From positions 928,001 through 992,000 of the forward strand of contig CAXXMU010000001.1 of NCBI GenBank assembly GCA_963667785.2: a stretch of 64,000 nt of DNA. The letters run 5' to 3'. The notes beneath the pieces are model-generated. The model was given only the letters and a program-made list of their open reading frames with translations. It was not told the DNA's origin and did no database searches. Positions 28,605-36,456 of this stretch are shown piece by piece (position 1 is the stretch's first letter; each line of letters begins with the position of its first letter). Origin of the DNA: Alphaproteobacteria bacterium (lineage in GTDB: Bacteria > Pseudomonadota > Alphaproteobacteria > UBA828). A program made the translations under genes and the position numbers.

Positions 28605-29462
28605 ATGGCCCGCATCGTGAACCTGAAGCACGAGCCCGATGCCGTCGCACGCGGCGCGGTACGCATCGACCGCCGCACGAGGTGGGGCAATCCCTATCGG
28701 ATAGGCGCCCATGGATCGCGCGACCAGGTGATCGCGCGCTACCGCGCGCACCTCTGGCGGCGCATCCGCGCGGGCGAAATCGCCCTTGCGGATCTCGCCG
28801 CCTTGGAATCCCGCCCCCTGGCGTGTCATTGCTGGCCCGCCCGGTGCCATGGCGAAGTGCTCGCCCGCGCGGCGGCCTGGGCCGCCGCCGAGCTTCGCCG
28901 CCGTGCCGCATGCGACCAGCCCATTCTGTTCTGGTCGCGCTGCCCGGAGTGGGGGTGGCTGTCGAACTTCGCCGCCGCCGGCTTCGCCGGTCCCGGCGGC
29001 GCGATCTGGCCGACCGTCGAGCACTGGTACCAGGCCGGCAAGGCCGCCGACCCGGCAACGGCCGAGCGCATCCGCCGCGCGGCGACGGCGCGCGAGGCGC
29101 AACGCCTCGGACGCGCCGTCCGCTGCCGCGACGGCTGGGAGGACGCGAAGCTCGCGCGCATGGCCTCGGGCCTGCTGCTCCGCTTCGCTCCGCAGCGCCC
29201 CGACACCGCGCGGCTGCTCGCCACCGGCGAGCGCGCGCTCCGCCATGCGACGCCCTGGGGCGCGCACGGCGACCCCTTCTGGGGCATCGGCCGCGACGGC
29301 TCCGGCGCCAACCGGCTCGGCCGGATGATGGAGGGCATCCGCGCCGCGCGCCGCAACGGCGCGCCGCTCGATGCCGCCGCGCTCGCCGGGCGGGTCCGCT
29401 CATGGCGCCCTTCCGCTTCGCGGGAGGAAGAGGAGAGCAGGGGAGTGGGCAGGCCCGCATGA
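28605..29462 (+). CDS. DUF4326 - NADAR (YbiA-like) fusion protein
   Basis: N-half IDRRTRWGNPY...LACHCWPARCHGEVL (DUF4326); C-half WLSNF, WPTVEHWYQAGK, LLATG, DPFWGIG...GANRLGRMM (NADAR); no stop between them. Confidence 0.85.
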   Translation: MARIVNLKHEPDAVARGAVRIDRRTRWGNPYRIGAHGSRDQVIARYRAHLWRRIRAGEIALADLAALESRPLACHCWPARCHGEVLARAAAWAAAELRRRAACDQPILFWSRCPEWGWLSNFAAAGFAGPGGAIWPTVEHWYQAGKAADPATAERIRRAATAREAQRLGRAVRCRDGWEDAKLARMASGLLLRFAPQRPDTARLLATGERALRHATPWGAHGDPFWGIGRDGSGANRLGRMMEGIRAARRNGAPLDAAALAGRVRSWRPSASREEEESRGVGRPA

Positions 29463-29480
29463 AGAGAGGAGGGAGCGCCC

Positions 29481-29945
29481 ATGAACGCCGCCGCGAACCC
29501 GAGCACGATCCGGATGGCGCCCCGCTATGTCATCCGCACCATCGACGAGGACTGGATCGACCTCTTCGATCCGCCGTCGCGCATCGGCGAGAAACGCGCC
29601 GCGTGGGACGAAGCCCGGCGCCGCGTCCGCGAGCACCCCGAGCTCAAGACCGTCGTGCTCGCCCGCCACACCGGCGCCACGCTCTGGCAGAGCGACCCCG
29701 ACATCCCGGCGCGCTACGAGGTCCTCGCGGTCGACGAGACCGTGTTCCACGTCCTCGACACGGACCTGTCCGTCGCAGGCGACCTGATCTCCTCCCACAA
29801 GGAGAAGGACGACGCCTGGACCGCGTTCTACGAGGCCGTCAAGGAACCGGTGGGCAACGACATCATCGTGCTGCGCGACACCATCCCCGCCGAGACCGTC
29901 CTCGCGTCCTCCGACGAGGACCTCTACAGCACCGATGCGGCGTGA
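29481..29945 (+). CDS. hypothetical protein
   Basis: Strong purine-rich RBS, typical codon usage. Confidence 0.7.
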   Translation: MNAAANPSTIRMAPRYVIRTIDEDWIDLFDPPSRIGEKRAAWDEARRRVREHPELKTVVLARHTGATLWQSDPDIPARYEVLAVDETVFHVLDTDLSVAGDLISSHKEKDDAWTAFYEAVKEPVGNDIIVLRDTIPAETVLASSDEDLYSTDAA

Positions 29946-29971
29946 GGGCGGTGCCGCTTCCAAAGGAAGGG

Positions 29972-30087
29972 TTGGGCGCGTCGCTTCGCGACCGGGCTAC
30001 CCTGTCGAGCCCGCTGCGCGGTCTCGCCCCTGCGGGCGGGTATCCCTCGCGCCTCCGCTCGCAAGCTCGCTGCGCGCTCCGCTTGCC
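29972..30087. repeat. structured ~116 bp direct repeat, copy 1
   Basis: Nearly identical to 31854-31970; chain of mini-hairpins. Confidence 0.9.
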
Positions 30088-30568
30088 AAGGGGGCATACA
30101 AAGCTGCCTCCCGCCGTGACTGCCCATTGTTCCACACGTGCTCGCTGCAGCAACCCTGCGGGTCCTCCGGTCGCTCCGCTCCCTGCGGCCTGGCCCAAGA
30201 ACCTCTAGGGCGGGCCGTGAAAGTCGCCGACCGTGAAGTTGGGCTTGCGAGAACTCCCCACCGCCTCGCGTGTGGCGCACCGGCCCCTGAAGCGCGGGGC
30301 CGGTGCGTCGGCCCGGCGCTCCCAGTCCTTGAGCAGGCCAACTCGAAACGCGGCCAACGCCTGCGACCCCGCGCCGGGCCTCCCTGAGCCGCACGACGCC
30401 CAACTTCCGCACCACTCGGCGACTTTCCGCACCAACCCCGCCCAAGAGGTTCTATGGCCAGGTGCTTCCGCTGCGCGCGCGTGAATCAACAGGCAGTCAC
30501 CACGGGGAGAGGCCCCGAGGACGAGCCGCAGACGGTTCGAGACACTCACTTCCTATCAGGAGAACGTC

Positions 30569-31585
30569 ATGCATGACATCGAACGCGCCGACACTTCCGA
30601 CACCACGATGGCCGACGCCTTCGCACGGGCCGGCTTCGACACCGACACCGTCATCGAGACCGCCGACGGCGGCGAGGACGACGGGCCGCGCGCGCAGTCC
30701 CAGACCGCCATCGCCTGTGAGCAGGCTGCCCTCTTCGGCACGACCCCGGAGCGCGACGAGCTCGACCCGCGCGACGTCTGGGACCAGGACGACGCCACCG
30801 ACGCGGTGAGCGAGGCGTTCCGCATCCTGGCCGAGGGTGTCGCACCGGACGGCTTCCAGCTCGCCGACGAGCGCGAGAGCCTGCTGTGGGGCTTCGTCAA
30901 CTGCCTCGACGCCCAGGTGCGCCGCCTCGACCGCGCCACCGACCGGCTGCTGCCCGAGATGCGCGACCTCGAGCGCGCCCAGGACGGCACCGAGGTGAAG
31001 TCGCGCGAGCTGGAGCTCATCACCGACCGGGCGCGGAACTTCGGCGACCGCCGCGACGCCTTCGAGACCATGCGCGACCTGGCCGCCGACGGCTACCGCG
31101 TCGAGACCGGCGAGGTCTGGCGCCCGCGTCACGGGTCCCACATTAGCCAGACCGGGCACCTCACCTCCGCCGCCATCGACGCCCGCGACTTCCAGCGCGC
31201 ACGCAAGGACCGCGAGACCAGGGCGCACCTGCCGCAGGGAACCCTCATCGCCATCGCGGGCGGGAAGGACGTCGCGGACCCCGCCGCCGTCATCGCCCGG
31301 CTTGACAAGGCCCGCGAGAAGTACGCCGACATGATCCTGGTGCACGGCGGCGGCCCCGGCGTCGAGCGGATCGCCGCGCAGTGGGCCGAGCGGAACGGGG
31401 TGCACCAGGTGGTGTGCAAGCCCGACTGGAACAAGCACAAGCGGGCCGCCCCCTTCCGCAGGAACGACGACCTGCTGAACCTCCTGCCGAAGGGCGTCAT
31501 CGCCTTCCCCGGTTCGGGCATCACCGACAACCTCGTCGACAAGGCGATCTCGATGGGCATTCCGGTCCAGCGCGTCGCGGCCTGA
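30569..31585 (+). CDS. DUF2493/YspA-like SLOG domain protein
   Basis: C-terminal IAIAGG, LVHGGGPGVERIAAQWA, PDWNKHKRAAPFRRND, IAFPGSGIT; AGGAG RBS. Confidence 0.85.
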   Translation: MHDIERADTSDTTMADAFARAGFDTDTVIETADGGEDDGPRAQSQTAIACEQAALFGTTPERDELDPRDVWDQDDATDAVSEAFRILAEGVAPDGFQLADERESLLWGFVNCLDAQVRRLDRATDRLLPEMRDLERAQDGTEVKSRELELITDRARNFGDRRDAFETMRDLAADGYRVETGEVWRPRHGSHISQTGHLTSAAIDARDFQRARKDRETRAHLPQGTLIAIAGGKDVADPAAVIARLDKAREKYADMILVHGGGPGVERIAAQWAERNGVHQVVCKPDWNKHKRAAPFRRNDDLLNLLPKGVIAFPGSGITDNLVDKAISMGIPVQRVAA

Positions 31586-31623
31586 CCCGCAGCGCCTCCA
31601 CGGGTCGCGCCCTCATCCCCGGC

Positions 31624-31656
31624 AACGGGCGGTGGCGGCGCGGCCCGTTTCTTTTT
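31624..31656 (+). terminator. probable intrinsic terminator
   Basis: AACGGGC...GCCCGTT stem followed by TCTTTTT. Confidence 0.6.
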
Positions 31657-31853
31657 GGTCGGCACTGCCCGCGACACCACCAACGCGGCTCGCCTTCGCG
31701 TCGCGCGACGCCTGCGGCGCCGCGCTCCGCGCCGGCTCCGCCGCTCTTCTTCCGTAACATGTCAGGCACCCGACGATGCAGACGGTGCTGCCGATGACGC
31801 CACTCTTGATGGTGCCGAACATGGATACGCTCGCGCTTGTCCGTATGGTGTGT

Positions 31854-31970
31854 TTGGGCGCGTCGCTTCGCGACCGGGCTACCCTGTCGAGCCCGCTTCG
31901 CGGTCTCGCCCCTTCGGGCGGGTATCCCTCGCGCCTCCGCTCCCTTCGGTCGCTGCGCGCTCCGCTTGCC
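31854..31970. repeat. structured ~116 bp direct repeat, copy 2
   Basis: Nearly identical to 29972-30087. Confidence 0.9.
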
Positions 31971-32407
31971 CGGCGGCTCGCTGCGCTCGCCGCCGCTGCC
32001 GCCCGTCACCGTCGCGGCCACGTCGACCGCATCGCCCGCCGGACCGCCGCGTCCTCCTCGCGCCGGCGCTTCGCGCAGCGCTCGTCGCGGTCCTCGCCGC
32101 GCTCGCCCTGGCCGGCTGCGCCGGCTGCGGGCATCGCCCCGGCTTCGTCCCGGTGCACTCCGTGCTTCGCCGGTGCCGGCTTCGCCGCGCACCGTTCTCC
32201 GCACTGCTCCCCGCAGTAGCGCCCGCACAAACGCGGCCGGCCGCGCCATCGCCTCCGGCACCGTGCTGCGCACGACTGCCTGCGGCTCCGGCCGCACCGC
32301 CCGCCACTCAATCGCCGCGGCGGCTCCGATCTGCCGGGTCCTCCGGCGTCGATTCCCCCATCGCTCATACATCGCGAATCGTGCTCTGACCGGCCATGGC
32401 CGGCCTC

Positions 32408-32436
32408 GGTTTTCACACCCGACGCATCGTTGATGC
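32408..32436 (-). other. putative oriT nic site (MOBF type), nick between 32415 and 32414
   Basis: Minus strand reads GCATC-AAC-GATGC-GTCGGGTGT^GAAAACC: a hairpin followed by TGCGTCGGGTGT^G, one mismatch from the F nic core TGCGTGGGGTGT^G; lies in the non-coding gap next to the relaxase module. Confidence 0.78.
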
Positions 32437-33018
32437 AGTACTCGCGGTGGCTGCTCATGTCCGCTATTGGCGGGCCATGCCCCGGCCCTGCGCTCCACTG
32501 TCCGCTCCTGTCCGCTCCTGGCGCGCCGGAAAACCTGCCACCGATTGGAGGCACCGAACGCTCGTGTCACACCGGAAAAACACGCCGTAACATCAAGGCG
32601 TTGGCGCCGCCGCCACCGATCGGTGGCAAAGCCTGTCGCAACAGTTCCCCGGCGCTGTCCTGCGTGCCTCCAAAAGGTGGCGCACCATCCAGGCCACACG
32701 GCGATGGCGCCCTTTCGCCGACCGCGCCTCCCGGCTTCCATCCCGCCGCCGATATTCCCCCCGCGCGGATCGGCCCCCGTCCGATTTGCACGGCGCCGCG
32801 AGGCCAATTCGCTCCGCCAACACTGCGCGCGGCGGGCGTCGAGCGCGCTCGAACGATAACGCCGCGCTCCGATGAGGACCCGTAATCGGCTGCGCCCCGT
32901 GCTTCGATGCCAGGCGCCGGGTCGCGGCAGGCACTGCCGTCCACCCGGCGCAGGCAGGGCCGGCAGCGAGGCGAGGGGCGGCGGCGGCCGGTTTCGACCG
33001 CCGGGCGCGGCCGGCGGC

Positions 33019-33381
33019 TCAGCCCGTGTCCCGGCGCTCGGGCCCGCCCGGGGCGCCGGCACCCTCCGGAGCCGCCCCTTCGGCGTCCGGGTCGGGCACG
33101 ATGGTGGAGATGAACGCGCGGATTTCCTCGACCTCCGCGCCGCGCCCGGCCGCGATGAGGCCGCGGGCGAGGACCTGCGCGGCGAACAGGGAGGCGCGTG
33201 CGACGCGCAGCTCGGCCACGTTCCGCGGGCCTTCCCGGCGGTCCAGCGCTTCCATCGCGAGCGTCATGACGAGCTGGTTGGCGCTGAGCGCGGTACCCTC
33301 GGCGGCCCGTTCGATCCGTTCCCACTCCCCGGGGCGCACGCGGACGTTCTTCTTCACGGTCCGTTCGATGGAGTCCGTCAT
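33019..33381 (-). CDS. ribbon-helix-helix protein, probable relaxosome accessory factor
   Basis: KKNVRVRPGEWERIERAAE...SANQLVMTLAMEAL fits the RHH pattern; AAGGA RBS; lies between relaxase and oriT. Confidence 0.65.
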   Translation of the reverse strand: MTDSIERTVKKNVRVRPGEWERIERAAEGTALSANQLVMTLAMEALDRREGPRNVAELRVARASLFAAQVLARGLIAAGRGAEVEEIRAFISTIVPDPDAEGAAPEGAGAPGGPERRDTG

Positions 33382-33467
33382 CGTTTCCTTGCGCCTTTCG
33401 TGTCGATCCGTTCCTCGCCGGCGGTCCCGTCAGCCGGCAATCCGCACCCGGTCCGGCCCGCGCGATG

Positions 33468-36455
33468 TCACAGCGCGAGCTCTCGGTCCGCGCCCTTCGG
33501 CGCCCGAACCGGCTCCGGTTCCGGCGACGATGCGCCCCCGCGCTCCCGCGACACCGTTGCGCCGGTCCCGCGATCCGCGCTCCTGCCCGCCTCCGCTCCG
33601 GCCTCTTGCCCCTTCGCGCGCTCCGGCTCGACCGCTTCCAGCGCCGCGATGCGCTCGCCGGTGGCGGCTTCGAGCTGCTCCTTCAGCGCCGCCCGGTCGT
33701 CGGTGACGAGCTCGGCCCGGTCGCGCGCGCGGGAGATCTCGACGTAGAACGACTTCTGCGTGGTGAGGTGGGGATGGTTGGCCTCCATCGCGGCGATCAC
33801 GGTGTCCACCGTTCGGCCCTGGAACGCATGCACGGTGGAGGCCCAGGCGCGGTCGAGGTGGCGGAGCTGCGGATCGCCGGGGGCGAGGTCGAGCATGCGT
33901 CCGTCCTCGAGACGGAACGTCACCCGGCCGTCTCCGACCGCCTCGACCTCGGCGGTGCCGCTGTTGACGAGGCCGAGGCCGGCATCGTTGCGCGTCCAGC
34001 GGATGCGGTCGCCGGCGCGCAGTTCGATCTCCTCGCTCCGGTACACCTCGACGCCGCCCGCGCGCGCCGCGATCCGGTTGGGCTCCCAGGCGACGGAACG
34101 CCCGTCCGCACCCTCCAGGTTCACCGTCCGCGTCTTGCGGTCGACGCCCGCGACGCGCAGCTCGTCGCCCTTGTCGACCCCGAGGCGCTTGTAGGAGCGG
34201 TGGAAGGCAACCACGTCGCCCGGCATGTAGTTCGCCGCGAGGGTCTTCTCGGCACTGGTATAGCCGCGCGAGACGAGCCGCTCCGCCGTCATCGCGGGGC
34301 CGTGCACCGCGCCGTCGCGCACCAGGCGTTCGCGGACGATGTCGTTGATGCGCTCGCGCAGGCCGTGGCTCGGCGCCATCAGTCCGGCCTTGGCGCGTTC
34401 CTCCGGCGAGAGCGCGAGCCAGCGCGCAGCCGCCGCACCGGGGAGGTTGTCGGGCTTCACCTCTGCGACATTCTCCCCGAGCTTGTCGAAGGCGCGCGCG
34501 ACGTCGCCGGCGAGGCTCGCCTCGACGGCCTCCTTCAGCGCCGGGTCGCGCTGGCGCATGATCTCGTCCATGACGGCGGTCGGCATCCCCGCCTTCTGGA
34601 GCTGCGCGAACGGCTTTCCTGCATCCACCGCGTCGAGCTGCTTCGCATCGCCCACCAGCACCACGCGCGGGATGCGGAGCGCGTCCGCGATCCGGAGCAG
34701 GTTCCTTGCCTGCACCGTGGAGGCGAGCGAGCCCTCGTCGACCACCAGCGCGGTCTTCGCGAAAGCGCTGCGCATCTCCTTCTCGCCCTTCCGAGTCATG
34801 CGCCCTTCGGCGACCCCGGCGTAGCGGGCGAGGAAGCGCTGCAGGGTCTCGCTGCCGATCCCCGCCTCGCCCTCCAGCGTGCGCGCAGCCGAGGCCGAGG
34901 GCGCGAGGCCCCGGACCTCGTAGCCCTTCTTCTCCAGGAGCCCACGGGCACGCCTCAGCATGGTGGTCTTGCCCGTCCCGGCGTAGCCCTGGACGCCCAC
35001 CGTGCGGTCCCTGGCGGACAGGATCAGCTTCACCGCCTCCTTCTGCCCGGCGGTGAGGGGACCGCCCCTGAGCGCCTTGTCGACGGCGCGGGCACGCATC
35101 GGGGCGGCGCCGCGGCGCTCGCCCGCCCGCATCAGCGCGACCGTCTCGCGCTCGTCGGCCACCGCCCGGTCGGTGGTGAGCAGCCCCTCGGCGCCCGGCA
35201 GGCGGGCGGCATGCAGCGTGCCGGCCTTCTCGCAGGCCGCGACTTCGCGCTCGATGTCGCCGATCCGCGCCGCGCCGGGGTTCCAGGCGAGCGCGGCGGC
35301 GAGCAGATCGGTGCGCGCGAACACCGCCTCGCGCTCCGACAGATGCGCCACCGCCCATTCGACGGCCCGCGATGCCAGCGATATCGGCACGTTCTCCCGA
35401 GCCGCGGGCTCCACTTCCACGGCACCGGCGCCGGGCATGGCGCCGTCCCCCGCCGCCGGACCGGGAGCCATTGTCCCTTCCGCATCCTTCCCCGCGTCCC
35501 GGCCGGCTTCCCTGGACAGCGCTTCCGCCGCGAGCCCCCTCGCGTCGAGCCCCATACCGGCGGCCTGCCGCTCCCAGCTCTCCCTGAGCGCGTCCCGGTC
35601 GACGTCGCGCTTGGCCGCGCGGGTCATCAGCGCCGCGCGCTGGGCAAGACGCTGATTCTCGGCGGTGTCCCCGCCGCCCCGCTCCGCCACCGCCGCCTCG
35701 ATCTCCGCGCGGCGGGTCGAGAACGCCTCCACGACCTCGCGGGACACGCCCGCGATCTCGAAGCGCCCGTCGGCGTGGGTCTTCTCGATGCCGTATCCGA
35801 GGCGGGAAAGGCCGGCCGCGAGCTCGCTGCGGTAGAGCGCGCCGAGCAGCATCTTCGATTCGTAGAGCTTCTCGTTCGCCATCGAGCGCCACTTGCCGGA
35901 CCGGGGTGTTCCCCCGTCCTCGCCCAGCACCATGTTGGCGATCACCGCATGGGTGTGCAGCGCCGGGTCGAGGTTGCGCGAGGTGTCGTGGCGGAAGGTG
36001 GCGATCACCGTCTTCTGGCCGCCGGTGCGGACCATGCGGCCGGTCCCAGAATCCTTCATGCGGGTCTGGGCCACGTTCTTCTCGAACCAGGCAAGCGTGC
36101 GCGCGACGGCCCGGTCGTGGGCGTCGATCACGCGGCCGTCGCCGCCGACCAGCGCCGCGAGCGAGACCGATTTGGGGGCCGAGAGGGTGAGGTCGCGGCC
36201 GGGGCGGTGCAGGATCTCGCCGTCCTTGCCGCGGCGGCCGAGCTCTGTGCCCGAGCCGTCCGGCACCTTTCCTTCGAGCACCGCGCGGAAGGTGTCGGGA
36301 TCCACCGGGCCGGTCAGCCCGAGCTCCTCCGCTCCCTTGCCCGCCCAGGCGCTCGCGTCGCGGTGCGCGGGATCGTCCTTGGCGTAGTAGCCGTCTCGCT
36401 CGTAGTAGTGCGCTCCCTGGGCCGGCGCGGCGACGGCCCCGATGGAAGCGACCAT
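33468..36455 (-). CDS. traI: MOBF (TrwC/TraI-type) conjugative relaxase-helicase
   Basis: HYYERDGYY, DLTLSAPKSVS, FRHDTSRNLDPALHTH, FSTRRAEI, QGYAGTGKT, FYVEISRAR. Confidence 0.95.
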   Translation of the reverse strand: MVASIGAVAAPAQGAHYYERDGYYAKDDPAHRDASAWAGKGAEELGLTGPVDPDTFRAVLEGKVPDGSGTELGRRGKDGEILHRPGRDLTLSAPKSVSLAALVGGDGRVIDAHDRAVARTLAWFEKNVAQTRMKDSGTGRMVRTGGQKTVIATFRHDTSRNLDPALHTHAVIANMVLGEDGGTPRSGKWRSMANEKLYESKMLLGALYRSELAAGLSRLGYGIEKTHADGRFEIAGVSREVVEAFSTRRAEIEAAVAERGGGDTAENQRLAQRAALMTRAAKRDVDRDALRESWERQAAGMGLDARGLAAEALSREAGRDAGKDAEGTMAPGPAAGDGAMPGAGAVEVEPAARENVPISLASRAVEWAVAHLSEREAVFARTDLLAAALAWNPGAARIGDIEREVAACEKAGTLHAARLPGAEGLLTTDRAVADERETVALMRAGERRGAAPMRARAVDKALRGGPLTAGQKEAVKLILSARDRTVGVQGYAGTGKTTMLRRARGLLEKKGYEVRGLAPSASAARTLEGEAGIGSETLQRFLARYAGVAEGRMTRKGEKEMRSAFAKTALVVDEGSLASTVQARNLLRIADALRIPRVVLVGDAKQLDAVDAGKPFAQLQKAGMPTAVMDEIMRQRDPALKEAVEASLAGDVARAFDKLGENVAEVKPDNLPGAAAARWLALSPEERAKAGLMAPSHGLRERINDIVRERLVRDGAVHGPAMTAERLVSRGYTSAEKTLAANYMPGDVVAFHRSYKRLGVDKGDELRVAGVDRKTRTVNLEGADGRSVAWEPNRIAARAGGVEVYRSEEIELRAGDRIRWTRNDAGLGLVNSGTAEVEAVGDGRVTFRLEDGRMLDLAPGDPQLRHLDRAWASTVHAFQGRTVDTVIAAMEANHPHLTTQKSFYVEISRARDRAELVTDDRAALKEQLEAATGERIAALEAVEPERAKGQEAGAEAGRSADRGTGATVSRERGGASSPEPEPVRAPKGADRELAL

Positions 36456-36456
36456 G

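Noticed and set aside
31613-31822. 69 aa minus-strand ORF near oriT
   Set aside because: No clear RBS, overlaps a terminator hairpin, no motif; cannot be supported
31839-31858. Plus-strand nic-like string GTCCGTATGGTGTG
   Set aside because: Poorer match, no adjacent hairpin, and would transfer the tra genes first; the 32415/32414 site fits much better
29972-31970. CRISPR array or IS ends for the repeat pair
   Set aside because: Only two long direct copies, no spacers, cas genes, transposase or inverted ends
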